Assembly (NCBI GenBank): GCA_023145475.1
Contig: JAGLDR010000092.1
Location: forward strand, 1 to 53,703
Origin: a bacterium
GTDB lineage: Bacteria > UBP6 > UBA1177 > JAGLDR01
Length of the DNA stretch: 53,703 bases
Direction: 5' to 3'
A model generated the notes under the pieces. The model worked only from the letters and a program-made list of their open reading frames with translations. It had not been told where the DNA came from and made no database searches. Within the stretch, counting starts at the first letter, position 1; every line of letters begins with the position of its first letter. The translations under genes and the position numbers were made by a program. Below are positions 32,943-43,300 of this stretch, piece after piece.

Positions 32943-33792
32943 ACTTCTCAGTCGAGCGAAAATCAACCTCTTTCTTCGTATCGGTGATATCAATCCAGAT
33001 AATAATCTTCACAATCTTCTCTCATTAATGATTCCAATCTCTTTGCATGATACCCTCACGATAACGCCATCTGACGACTTTTTTGTCTCGGTAAATGGGA
33101 TAAAAGAGAAGATTCCTTCACATCTTAATATCCTTGCAAAGACGCACCGATTGATGAGTGAGAAGTGTGGTGAAATCCCCTCTTTTACGATTACAATTGA
33201 TAAACAGATTCCAACAGGGGGAGGGCTTGGCGGTGGAAGTGGAAATGCAGCTGCCTACCTTCGCTTTTTAAATAATCAGCTCGTTGACCCGCTCTCTGAA
33301 AAAGAACTGCTCTCTGTTGCGCATGCAATTGGGAGTGATGTTCCTTTTTTTCTTGCAGACTCTCCTGCACTCATTTCTGGGACTGGTGAAAAGATAGAAA
33401 AGCTATCTCTTACGGCACTTCCTCAATATCTTATCTTGTTAATTCCTGACTTGGCAATCAGTACTGCTGACGCTTATCATCTTCTTGATAAAAAAAGATT
33501 GACAAGCAGAGGTGATTTGACTATAAATACCGACCGTGTCGAGGAGATTTGCTCCTTAGAATTGTGGAAACGGTTGATTGAGAATGATTTTCAGCCGGTA
33601 TTGATGGATACTTTCCCTGTTTTCGGCCAGTTGATGGACAATGCTTTGCGTGTTGGAGCTTGTTGCTCGTTTGTTACCGGGTCGGGTTCGACCGTTGTAG
33701 CAATGTTTTCTGATGCTGACTGTCGTGATAGGGCAGTAACTGATTTACACAATTTAAATGTGCAGACTTTGAAGACTAATTTGTTATTTTAA
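32935..33792 (+). CDS. ispE: 4-diphosphocytidyl-2-C-methyl-D-erythritol kinase
   Basis: Start trimmed to MYKLLSRAKINLFLRI. The GHMP kinase motif IPTGGGLGGGSGNAAA is present. It overlaps the coaD stop by 8 nt. Confidence 0.9.
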   Translation: MYKLLSRAKINLFLRIGDINPDNNLHNLLSLMIPISLHDTLTITPSDDFFVSVNGIKEKIPSHLNILAKTHRLMSEKCGEIPSFTITIDKQIPTGGGLGGGSGNAAAYLRFLNNQLVDPLSEKELLSVAHAIGSDVPFFLADSPALISGTGEKIEKLSLTALPQYLILLIPDLAISTADAYHLLDKKRLTSRGDLTINTDRVEEICSLELWKRLIENDFQPVLMDTFPVFGQLMDNALRVGACCSFVTGSGSTVVAMFSDADCRDRAVTDLHNLNVQTLKTNLLF

Positions 33793-33796
33793 GCGT

Positions 33797-33870
33797 TGGG
33801 GCGTCGTCAAGCGGTAAGACAACGGGTTTTGGTCTCGTCATCGGGGGTTCGAATCCTCCCGCCCCAGCCA
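33797..33870 (+). tRNA. tRNA-Gln (TTG)
   Basis: Hand-folded. TGGGGCGTCGTCAAGCGGTAAGAC...ACGGG-TTTTGGT-CTCGT...GGGGGTTCGAATCCTCCCGCCCCAGCCA is collinear with E. coli tRNA-Gln. It starts 4 nt after the ispE stop. Confidence 0.9.
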
Positions 33871-33890
33871 CTTTTCTACTGGAGGAAAAG

Positions 33891-34577
33891 ATGGAAAATA
33901 TTATGATTCCTATCACTCGTCGTGATCCTGGTAAAAAAGCTGTAAAAGCAGCTCGTAACGCAAAAATGATTCCAATTGAAATTTACGGTCCTGCTGTAAA
34001 ACACAACATTTCTGCATCAGTTGAGCGCAAAGAGATGGTCAAAGCTCTGCATACTCCTCAAGGTAAGAATGTACTCATTACTTTTGATTTGGAAGGCGAG
34101 AAAATTAAGGTTGTGCCATATCAGTTTCAAATTCATGAAGTCAAACATAACATCCAGCACATTGATTGTCTTGCAGTAAATGATGGTGATGTTATCACTT
34201 TGGATGTGCCTGTTCTTCGTGATGGCCGCTCACTTGGTGAGACTGCCGGCGGAATGGTTATTATTGTTATTAAGAATGTTAAAGTGCAATGTAAGCCAGC
34301 TGACATTCCAGCAAGTCTTGTTGTTGATGTTACGGACTTGGATATTGGTGCTAGAGTTAAGATATCAGAGCTTCCCTATCCAGAAGGCGTTACACCTCTT
34401 TACAAACAAGATAGCCCTGTTATCGTTGTTAACAAAGGTCGTGGTCAGACTGCTGAAGAGTTGGAAGAAGAGGAAGCAGCTGAAGCTGCCGCCGCTGCTG
34501 CCGCTGCTGAAGGGACTGAAGCTGCTGCTGGAGATAAAGCTCCAGCAAAAGGAGATAAAGCTCCTGCAAAAGAGTAG
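33891..34577 (+). CDS. rplY: 50S ribosomal protein L25 / general stress protein Ctc form, with an Ala/Glu-rich tail
   Basis: 228 aa. RRDPGKKAVKAARNAKMIPIEIYG...VLITFDLEGEKIKVVPYQFQIHEVKHNIQHIDCLAV matches L25/Ctc. The tail reads EELEEEEAAEAAAAAAAAEGTEAAAGDKAPAKGDKAPAKE. Confidence 0.85.
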   Translation: MENIMIPITRRDPGKKAVKAARNAKMIPIEIYGPAVKHNISASVERKEMVKALHTPQGKNVLITFDLEGEKIKVVPYQFQIHEVKHNIQHIDCLAVNDGDVITLDVPVLRDGRSLGETAGGMVIIVIKNVKVQCKPADIPASLVVDVTDLDIGARVKISELPYPEGVTPLYKQDSPVIVVNKGRGQTAEELEEEEAAEAAAAAAAAEGTEAAAGDKAPAKGDKAPAKE

Positions 34578-34622
34578 TAGTCTAATCGCTACACTTTTGA
34601 GCCCACTTTCTTATAAGTTGAT

Positions 34623-35213
34623 ATGACTCAACCACCTCCTGATACATTTTTATGCCTCGGTAATCCCGGGGCAAGATACTCACTGACTCGTCATAACATT
34701 GGTTTTTTGTTTGGAAAACATATTCTCAACGCATTTCCCTCAACACCTTTGCACTATCACAAAAGCTTATTGGCATTTTTATCTATTGTGACGGTGGAAA
34801 AGAGAGAGGTTCGCATTGTTTTTCCCGATACTTATATGAATAATTCGGGAGAGACGGCGAAGAGGGTGATGAATGAATTTTCAATTGATAACAAGAGCTT
34901 AGCTGTTGTTTATGATGATGTTGATTTGCCATTTGAAACGCATCGGATTCGAATGAGAGGGGGAACAGCTGGACACAAGGGTCTATCGTCTATTGTTCAC
35001 TATAGTGACACAGATGAAATAATTCGGGTGCGACTTGGGATTGGAAAACCAGAAGTCGGTGAAATAAAAAGCTTTGTTTTGCAGAATTTTCTTGACGATG
35101 AACTCACTTGTATCCACAATATATGGGGAACTCAGTGGCAAGCACTTTTTTCAACACTTGCAACGCTGGGGGGAGAAGAAGCAATGAATAAATTTAATGG
35201 GGGAAACCGATGA
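34623..35213 (+). CDS. pth: Peptidyl-tRNA hydrolase
   Basis: [34 protein letters not shown] and [12 protein letters not shown]. Confidence 0.9.
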   Translation: MTQPPPDTFLCLGNPGARYSLTRHNIGFLFGKHILNAFPSTPLHYHKSLLAFLSIVTVEKREVRIVFPDTYMNNSGETAKRVMNEFSIDNKSLAVVYDDVDLPFETHRIRMRGGTAGHKGLSSIVHYSDTDEIIRVRLGIGKPEVGEIKSFVLQNFLDDELTCIHNIWGTQWQALFSTLATLGGEEAMNKFNGGNR

Positions 35214-37297
35214 TGAACAATTTACTGTTTGCGGTGCCAATTATTGCGTTGGCGTCACTTTTTACCGCTTTGATTAAGTATTTCTGGATTGCGAAACAAG
35301 AAGAAGGCAATGATCGTATGAAAGAGATTGGTGGAAATATCAGAGAGGGAGCAATGGCATTCCTTAAAAAGGAATACTCTGTTCTTGCCATTTTTGTTGT
35401 TATAATTGCTATTATTCTCGGTGTTCTCAATATGAATATGGCATCAAGTCACACACTTGTTGCATTTTCATTTGTACTGGGTGCTCTTTTCAGCGCTCTT
35501 GCTGGATATGTTGGAATGAGGACAGCAACACTTGCAAATGTAAGAACAACTAATGCTGCCCGCAAAAGTCTTAACTCAGCCTTAAAAGTTGCCTTTACTG
35601 GTGGCTCTGTTATGGGCTTGAGTGTTGTTGGTTTTGCACTTTTTGGTTTGAGTACCCTTTTTATCGGTTATCTCTACTTCTTTACTGGAAGTCTAAATCC
35701 TGAAATTGGTAAAATTGCTCAGATTTTGAATGTTTTAACAGGCTTTTCATTGGGTGCAAGCTCAATTGCTCTTTTCGCTCGTGTTGGTGGTGGAATCTAT
35801 ACAAAAGCTGCTGATGTTGGTGCCGATTTGGTTGGAAAAGTTGAAGCAGGAATTCCTGAAGATGATCCCCGTAACCCCGCCGTTATTGCAGATAATGTTG
35901 GTGATAATGTTGGTGATGTTGCTGGAATGGGTGCCGATTTGTTTGAAAGTTATATTGGCGCACTTGTCAGTGCTATGATTTTAGGTATTGCGTGGGCTCT
36001 TTCAACTGACAGTCTCAATGCCGTATTTTTACCCCTTCTTCTTGCAGGATTTGGTATTATTGCTTCAATTATTGGAACCCTTTTTGTTCGCGTAACAGAG
36101 GGTGGAAATCCACAAAATGCTCTTAATAAAGGAACACTTGCTGCGACAGTGATTATGATTGTTGGTGCATACTTTATTATTGAATATCTTATTCCCGCTT
36201 CAGTGACGATTAAATCAGTCGAATCAGGTTCATTAAACCTCTTTTTTACTGTTACTCTCGGTCTCGTTGTCGGAACAGCAATCGGGTTTATCACAGAATA
36301 CTATACAGGCTCAGGAAAACCCCCTGTCCTTGAAATTGTCAAAGAGTCTGAAACAGGTGCAGCAACAACAATTATCTCTGGCCTTGCCGTTGGTATGCGT
36401 TCAACATTTTTGCCTGTTATGATTATTGCATTTGCGATTATTGCCGCCTATCAGCTTGCTGGACTTTACGGCATTGCAATGGCAGCCGTTGGTATGCTTT
36501 CAACTATTGGTATTCAGCTTGCAATTGATGCATATGGACCAATTGCTGATAATGCTGGTGGAATTGCAGAGATGGCTGGACTTGAAGAGGCAGTTCGTGA
36601 AAAGACAGATAAACTTGATGCTGTTGGCAACACAACCGCAGCGATTGGTAAAGGCTTTGCTATTGGCTCTGCTGCTTTGACTGCACTGGCTCTGTTTAGT
36701 GCATTTAGAGCATCATACGAGTTGAGCCATGGAACAGCTCTGAGTATGGATATTAGCAACCCTGTTGTTGTTGCTGGTATCTTTATTGGTGCGATGCTTC
36801 CATTCCTTTTCAGCTCAATGGCAATGAAAGCTGTTGGTGACGCAGCTGGCGCAATGATTGTTGAAGTTCGTCGCCAGTTCAGAGAGATTCCTGGTCTTCT
36901 TGAAGGCAAAGAGGGCGTAAAGGCTGACTATAAAAAATGTGTTGAAATCAGTACTGAAGCTGCAATCAAAAAGATGATTCTTCCTGGTATTGTTGCTCTT
37001 GTTGCTCCAATTCTTGCTGGGTACTATGACGCGAGTATGCTTGCTGGTTTGCTTGTTGGTGTTACCGCAAGTGGAATCACAATGGCAATCTTTATGTCAA
37101 ATGCTGGCGGAGCGTGGGACAACGCTAAGAAATATGTTGAAGAGGGACACGCAGGTGGTAAAGGCAGTGAGACACACAAAGCAGCCGTTGTCGGTGATAC
37201 CGTTGGTGATCCGTTCAAAGACACCGCAGGCCCAAGTTTGAATATCCTTGTAAAACTTATCAGTGTTATCGCACTTGTTATCGCACCATTTCTTTGA
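35210..37297 (+). CDS. hppA: Membrane-integral pyrophosphatase (K+-dependent type by motif)
   Basis: 695 aa and polytopic. [56 protein letters not shown] and [13 protein letters not shown] are diagnostic. The motif [10 protein letters not shown] carries Ala at the K+-dependence position. Confidence 0.95.
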   Translation: MMNNLLFAVPIIALASLFTALIKYFWIAKQEEGNDRMKEIGGNIREGAMAFLKKEYSVLAIFVVIIAIILGVLNMNMASSHTLVAFSFVLGALFSALAGYVGMRTATLANVRTTNAARKSLNSALKVAFTGGSVMGLSVVGFALFGLSTLFIGYLYFFTGSLNPEIGKIAQILNVLTGFSLGASSIALFARVGGGIYTKAADVGADLVGKVEAGIPEDDPRNPAVIADNVGDNVGDVAGMGADLFESYIGALVSAMILGIAWALSTDSLNAVFLPLLLAGFGIIASIIGTLFVRVTEGGNPQNALNKGTLAATVIMIVGAYFIIEYLIPASVTIKSVESGSLNLFFTVTLGLVVGTAIGFITEYYTGSGKPPVLEIVKESETGAATTIISGLAVGMRSTFLPVMIIAFAIIAAYQLAGLYGIAMAAVGMLSTIGIQLAIDAYGPIADNAGGIAEMAGLEEAVREKTDKLDAVGNTTAAIGKGFAIGSAALTALALFSAFRASYELSHGTALSMDISNPVVVAGIFIGAMLPFLFSSMAMKAVGDAAGAMIVEVRRQFREIPGLLEGKEGVKADYKKCVEISTEAAIKKMILPGIVALVAPILAGYYDASMLAGLLVGVTASGITMAIFMSNAGGAWDNAKKYVEEGHAGGKGSETHKAAVVGDTVGDPFKDTAGPSLNILVKLISVIALVIAPFL

Positions 37298-37306
37298 TTT
37301 TTCAGA

Positions 37307-37347
37307 GGTGTCAAACCGACGCACAAATAGTGCATCGGAATGACACC
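37307..37347. repeat. Structured palindromic repeat element (copy A of the REP-like family)
   Basis: GGTGTCA-AA-CCGACGCA-CAAATAG-TGCATCGG-AA-TGACACC. It has a 7-bp outer stem, an AA/AA internal loop and an 8-bp inner stem with one mismatch. It lies 10 nt after the hppA stop. Confidence 0.7.
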
Positions 37348-37360
37348 GTCCTACTGCGGA

Positions 37361-37384
37361 GGTGTCAAGCTAAAGCATGACACC
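37361..37384. repeat. Truncated second copy (outer stem only) of the same element
   Basis: GGTGTCA-AGCTAAAGCA-TGACACC. Both copies are followed by GTCCTA(C/T)T. TTCAGAG occurs at 37301-37307 and again at 37391-37397, flanking the pair. Confidence 0.6.
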
Positions 37385-37395
37385 GTCCTATTCAG

Positions 37396-37414
37396 AGACG
37401 CACGCCGTGCGTCT
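37396..37414 (+). terminator. Hairpin terminator after hppA
   Basis: AGACGCAC-GCC-GTGCGTCT gives an 8-bp stem, followed by TTACTT (a short U-tract). It lies in the convergent spacer with the Omp85 gene. Confidence 0.5.
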
Positions 37415-37420
37415 TTACTT

Positions 37421-40324
37421 CTACTGTGATGAAATATAGGCGTGAATCGCAAAGGTATCTTCGTATGATCGTGGGTTAAGATTAAACCCAAGTTGTAACT
37501 TGAGTGATCCGATAGGCGAAACATACGCAATGCCAGATCCTGCTGCAAATCGAAATGCTTCGTTATCGCCAAGATTATCAAGATTTTCCCAGATATTTCC
37601 CATATCAAGAAACGCAGAGAGATAGAAGTTATCATAGAGTTTGAGGCGCAGCTCATTCCTTAAATAGTAGACGAGCGTTCCTCTTGCATCTTTCGACTGA
37701 TTGTCTTGTGGAAACATCATCTCAGAATAGTATCCACGCATTGATGAGCTACCACCAAGCTTCAATGCATCATCGCTTGAAAGCGAGCCATCATGCAAGA
37801 AGATGATAGAGAAATTAAAAAAGGAGTGGAAAATAAGTGTATCTTGAGGAATATATTTCCCCGTATAATTTTTCTTATATATCAAGGGGAGATATCCTGC
37901 GATAGAGTTCTCTAATTTAGTGAAACTACTGCTCGTTCCTGCCAGCGCCGTTTGATTTTCTACAGCGACCCACACTTTCATACCTTGCGAAGGAAAAAAG
38001 AGGTTGTTTCTAAAGTCGATTTCTGCCTTAAATTGTGGTTTTACAAGAAGTCTGTCGATATAGATGGTTTGGTTGTTTTGATTATACTCTTTTTCATTTT
38101 GATAGAATAGTTCATTGCCAACAGAGAGAAAATAATGTTCAAGAAAGCGCCGGTAAAAGAGCACCATCATTCCATTTTTATCTTTCAAATAAGGATATCC
38201 CGCATTACTTTTTATCAAGTGAATATGAAATGCATCAACCTGCATTGTAATTTGAGTGGGTAGCAGAAGCATATCAGGCATAAGCAGGGTAACCGTTATG
38301 TTTCTATCAATTTTTTCCCACTCTGAAAAGCCAGACTGAAAAAGAGTGCGAAATGCATCAGGCATAAAATAATCGATTTTTCGCCCCATTTTAAGTGAAG
38401 ATTTTAAGGTGAGTCCACTGCCACCAATGTTGGTAAATTGGAACTTAGCATAGACAAATCCACCCTCATCGGTGCTAACACCGATACCTTGAGTGATATG
38501 CCCCGTGTTGGATTCCTGTACTGTTACCACAATATCCTTATAATCACCAGGGAGGTTGTCATCTATAAAATCGATACGAACAAAGGTGAAAAATCCCGTG
38601 TTATGGAGGTTTCTAATACTCTGTTTGAGATGTTTTTCGGTAATAAGTTTGCCCGCCTTAAAACGAACCATTCTAAGTAACAGCCAATCACTTGTCTTAT
38701 AATTTCCATTAAAAACGACTATTCCAGCGTGTACAGGAGTCAAATTGTCAAGTTCATAGGTGAGATAGACATGATTCTCGCGTCTTTCAACGGAGACAGA
38801 GAGCGTGGCATAGAGATACCCTCGTTTTTCTAACTCCTCTTCAATTCGCTGTTTATACTCCTCTCCTCTCTCTTTATTATAGGGTATGTTGCTATTAAGA
38901 TGAAGCTCTTTTTTTAGCTTTTCTCCCACGATTTCTTTTTTTGTTTTAACAATTACCGATGCAATAATTGTCTGTTCACCCTCTTGAATGTCCGCAGAAA
39001 ATTCAATTTTTTTCGCCTTTTTAACTAATGAAATCTGATTGATTTTAGTGTCCAGATAGCCCTGTTCTCGATAGACAGAGAGAAGGAAAGTCTTGATGAA
39101 TGGTAATAAATTATCAGGAATTGTCATTCCGGCAGTTGGCTCTTGTACCGCATCGTGAAAGTGTGCCTTTTTTGTTCCATAAATCGTTGAATCTTCTGAA
39201 TATAACTGGGGAAAATTTTGTTCATTGATAGCGTCGTGCATAAAATTGCTAATGCGCTGTTGCAACATCTTTGCATCAAGCTTTTTGGCACCATTAAAGT
39301 GATATTTTGTAATAAAAAGTCTCTCTCCTTCATCGATGCTACAGTGAACCTCCCTTACAATTCCTAGAAGATTGTCAATATGTTCCTCGATAGCAAAGTG
39401 AATTTTCACATAAGGAAATCCATATGCTTGATATATCTCAGTGAGCTTTTCTTTTGTCTTTGCTTGCTGGATTGTCTTTCTATTGAATGAGACAATATAG
39501 GATGTCAGAGTACGCAAACTAAATGCCTTGTTTCCTTCGATAGAGAGTCTATACAATGGTCCGTGATCGATGCTGATTTTCACCGCTTTATCACCCTCTT
39601 TCTCTACGCCAATTGTGGGGGTATGATATTTGTATTCTGCTAAAATATTAGCAACTGTTTTTGAAATATTTGTCAAGGTGGTATTTGTTAACGGATTTGA
39701 TTTATAAGAGAGGGAAAGTTGATTTCTAATACGCCTTGAAAGAAGCGGATAACAGTTATCAGAATAATTCAGATGTTCTATCTTTTCTCGATTGCCTTCA
39801 TCAACAGTAATATTAATTCTCACCTTCCACGATGATATGACAACCGTCTCTAATGTTACGCCCGGATTTGGGTATCCCTCTCGTTGATAGAGGAGTACAA
39901 TTTTTTCACGAATATCATTGGCATTGTCATCATTCCACATCACCCGTTTATGCAAGTCAGAACCAGCCCGGATTTTTTTATCTGAAAGATGTTTGTTGCC
40001 AGAAATATGAATTGAAGAGATAAAATAGTTTGGTGTAGCGTGAAAAGTTACCTCAACATTACCTGTGTCATCAAACTCTGCAGTTGCCGTGATTTGGCGA
40101 ACTTTTCCTGTTGCGTATATCAACTTAATCGTCCGTTGCAGTGCAGCTTGACTGAGAATTTCTCCTTTTTTTACCACAATGAGTCGTGAGAACTTTTTAT
40201 AGGGAAGAGGTGAGTGCCAATGAATCATAGAGACCTTTTTGCCAAATGGCACACTACTATTTGCTTTAAGAGCTGTCGCGCTCAGAAACAAAAGCAATAT
40301 TAGTGTCAGGTAGCCTCTCTTCAT
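37421..40324 (-). CDS. Omp85-family outer-membrane protein (BamA/TamA-like) with multiple POTRA domains
   Basis: Start trimmed to MKRGYLTLILLLFLSATALKA, with TAGGAG upstream inside the end of the preceding gene. POTRA-like repeats cover ~600 aa, followed by a C-terminal barrel with the LKLGGSSSMRGY motif. Confidence 0.8.
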   Translation of the reverse strand: MKRGYLTLILLLFLSATALKANSSVPFGKKVSMIHWHSPLPYKKFSRLIVVKKGEILSQAALQRTIKLIYATGKVRQITATAEFDDTGNVEVTFHATPNYFISSIHISGNKHLSDKKIRAGSDLHKRVMWNDDNANDIREKIVLLYQREGYPNPGVTLETVVISSWKVRINITVDEGNREKIEHLNYSDNCYPLLSRRIRNQLSLSYKSNPLTNTTLTNISKTVANILAEYKYHTPTIGVEKEGDKAVKISIDHGPLYRLSIEGNKAFSLRTLTSYIVSFNRKTIQQAKTKEKLTEIYQAYGFPYVKIHFAIEEHIDNLLGIVREVHCSIDEGERLFITKYHFNGAKKLDAKMLQQRISNFMHDAINEQNFPQLYSEDSTIYGTKKAHFHDAVQEPTAGMTIPDNLLPFIKTFLLSVYREQGYLDTKINQISLVKKAKKIEFSADIQEGEQTIIASVIVKTKKEIVGEKLKKELHLNSNIPYNKERGEEYKQRIEEELEKRGYLYATLSVSVERRENHVYLTYELDNLTPVHAGIVVFNGNYKTSDWLLLRMVRFKAGKLITEKHLKQSIRNLHNTGFFTFVRIDFIDDNLPGDYKDIVVTVQESNTGHITQGIGVSTDEGGFVYAKFQFTNIGGSGLTLKSSLKMGRKIDYFMPDAFRTLFQSGFSEWEKIDRNITVTLLMPDMLLLPTQITMQVDAFHIHLIKSNAGYPYLKDKNGMMVLFYRRFLEHYFLSVGNELFYQNEKEYNQNNQTIYIDRLLVKPQFKAEIDFRNNLFFPSQGMKVWVAVENQTALAGTSSSFTKLENSIAGYLPLIYKKNYTGKYIPQDTLIFHSFFNFSIIFLHDGSLSSDDALKLGGSSSMRGYYSEMMFPQDNQSKDARGTLVYYLRNELRLKLYDNFYLSAFLDMGNIWENLDNLGDNEAFRFAAGSGIAYVSPIGSLKLQLGFNLNPRSYEDTFAIHAYISSQ

Positions 40325-40331
40325 CTTACTC

Positions 40332-43300
40332 CTATTCAAAAAGATAGTTCAGTTGTGCCTGAAAGCCGATGCTTCCATACGGTGAATTGAGAAGAGTTTT
40401 ATTTTTCCATACTAAAAATATATCACTCTTTTCAAATTTATATCGTAGTCCCATCTGTTGATCATTCATATCGGTTGGATTTGATTCGAGCTCTAAAAAG
40501 AGATGGTCATAAATCTCTTTAACGGCAATGAGTTTAAGAACGGTCTTATCATCAACCTCAGAATAGCGAGGAGCGATAGTAAAGCGTGTTAACTGAAAAT
40601 TCTTTTTAATCTGCTTTGTAATGCCAATCATATTTGAAACGGTGGCAATCGCGAGAGTGCCTGCCTGTCCCATATCTTCGCTTCCCCCTGTTGTTCCCCA
40701 TAAAAGCAGACTAAAGATTTTGTTTTCTTCAAGCTGAGGAGCAGAGTGCAAGCTGATTTTAAGACCATCTTCCTCAAGCGGATATCCTTCAACCGACAGG
40801 GTGAGGGTATATTCATTTTCTTGATCACTGCCTTGATCAACCGCAGTTGTCTTTCCTGATACATCTATAAATGGTTTGATATTTTCACCATCTTCAAGTG
40901 AAATGACTCCTCGTGAAAGTTCAAAATTCTGCTGTTGAAAATAGATGATTCCATTTAATAGTGATATGTTTCCTCTCACGATTGGTCTGTTCAGTGTTCC
41001 TGTTAACTGCACATTAGCGGAAAGGTGTGTTTTTATTAAATCAGTGTCAACTGAAAGGTTATTTTGTCCGGAAATATCAATACTCAAGCGAGGATTAAAT
41101 GTTGTCGTTTTATCGAGACCCTTTTCTAGTTTACTTGTTTTCTTAAGACTATTCATCAGAATCGAGCCAACGCTAATGTCTTTTTGATAGTCCATCTTTG
41201 AGAGAATAATCGATCCTGTCAAAATATCTTTTTCTACCCCATGACCAAACTGAGCCATCAAATCAGATGAAAAAGTAATCGGACCGGTAGCCTCTAAATT
41301 GACAGAGGCACTTTGTACTTTCAGCGCAAGTTCTGAAGCAACAAAAGGGAAGAGCCCTCCCTCTCCATGCAAAGAGACAGCGCCACCACCAACTTTGCCT
41401 TTGAAGTGTTTGATATTCCAGCGGTTCTTTTTAATAGAAAGCTCTCCCGAGAGAGTTCTGAAAGGGAGCTCAAGCTGCTTAAGAGTAAATCCCAGCTCGT
41501 TAAAAAAGAGGGTACCATTCAGGATTTGATCATCAAGAGTCAGTTTTATATCAACTGAACCACTTGCGTTTGCAACGACACCATCGAGCATTGCATTGAT
41601 AGTTTTTGGTGAAAGAGTCCCATCTATTAAAAGATGGGGAATAAAATCGATGAGCTCGCCAGAAAGAAAGATGGTATCTCTTGAGGTTCCTAAAGAGGAG
41701 CGGTCAATAAAAAGATGGCGCATCTTTCCATGAATAGCAATCGGTTTGTTATCGTTCACTGTTAATGGCCCGAAAAGAGCGGTGATATTAAACAATGATG
41801 CTCTGATTTCACCTGCTTTACCTTCTGCATCTAGTGAAAAGAGAACGCTATTATCACCAAGTTTTAGTTTGAATTGATCAATATGCAAATCGGCATCAAG
41901 TGTTGCCATATCAAAGTTGTCCATTTCAACTTTTAAAGAGATAGAGTTGTTAAGGTTTCCAGTGAATTTAATATGTTGCGTTGTTGGTTGGTATGCTATA
42001 TTGCCTGAGAAATTGCCAAAAGGAATCTCCGCAACAGAGACACCACCAGCAAAAATAGAGGCATCTACAGTAATGTCAGGGATTGTCCCTCTAATGTGAT
42101 ATGATGCCCGTGGAGCAATAAGAGTGAGTTTTTGTGTGATTGGCAAGTCTTGAATACTAAATGCGGTCATCTTTCCGGAAATATCAACGCTAAAATCTTC
42201 AGGATTCATCCCGCCAGTGATAGAAAACGAGGTGTGTCCTCTCTGCAGAGAGCTGTTATGTAAAACAATGCGATTGTCTTCTGTTTTCAGTGTGACATTC
42301 AACTTGTCCACAATTTTATTTTTATAGAGAGAGACTCCCTCAACCCGCAGGGAGCCATCTAATTTTTTTAATCCATCTTGCCAGATACCATGCACAGCAA
42401 AAGCGCCCGTTCCACTTAATGGAGCCTCAACACCGAAGAGAGAGAAGACATCTCTAGCCCGTCCACTGAAGTTATTGATATTGAAATCAACCTTCACCGG
42501 ATCTGAAAACTCAATAGTCGTTAGTGAATGGTGTGTGACAGCACTTCCCTTTGTCGCTTTATCAACCATAATAGAGAGCAGTAGATTTTTCAGCGTTATC
42601 GTCAACTGAGCGGTATCAACAGGGAATCCTGCAAATGAAAGTTGTTTTAAATCTAATTTTCCGAGAACATCTGGGTTTTCCATATCACCAGAGACAAGAG
42701 CAGAAATATCTCCTTGACCAGTCATTGGGAATCCCGTAATAGCACCGATATCACTAACATCAATATGTGATTGAGAGGTGATAGGAATGTAAAATTTAGG
42801 AGTCGAGCCAAAGGTGAACCACGCGTTTTTAAGGACAATTTTGCTTCGCGTTTTTGCTGTTGTTACCTCAGCGTTGAAAAGACGCAGCTTTTCAGCAGTA
42901 ACATCAAAATTTGCTCTTACAAATTGAGAGCCAGGGAGAGCAAGAATATCGCCTTTATCATCAAATGATACAAAAAACTTGTCAGCACGGAGTATTCCTA
43001 CACTCTCTACTGTTATATGGAATTTTGTGAGGTCTGCCTCAAATGCAAGAAGGCCGTTCGAGAGCCAATCGACCATTCCTGTCGTTTCAAATCGTAACAT
43101 CGTATCTCGAAAGTCAAACTTATCGAGCTGCACTGTTCCCACTGCCTTTTTAAGAGGGAAGAGCATCGTAGCCTCGGCAGTGAAGATAGCGTGTTTTTTG
43201 TGATAAAGTGTGAGGTTTTCCAGATGAATTCCCGATGGATTCACTCGCGCGGCAATGGCGGTATCCCACAAGTGAACAAGATCCCAGTGGAATCTTTCAA

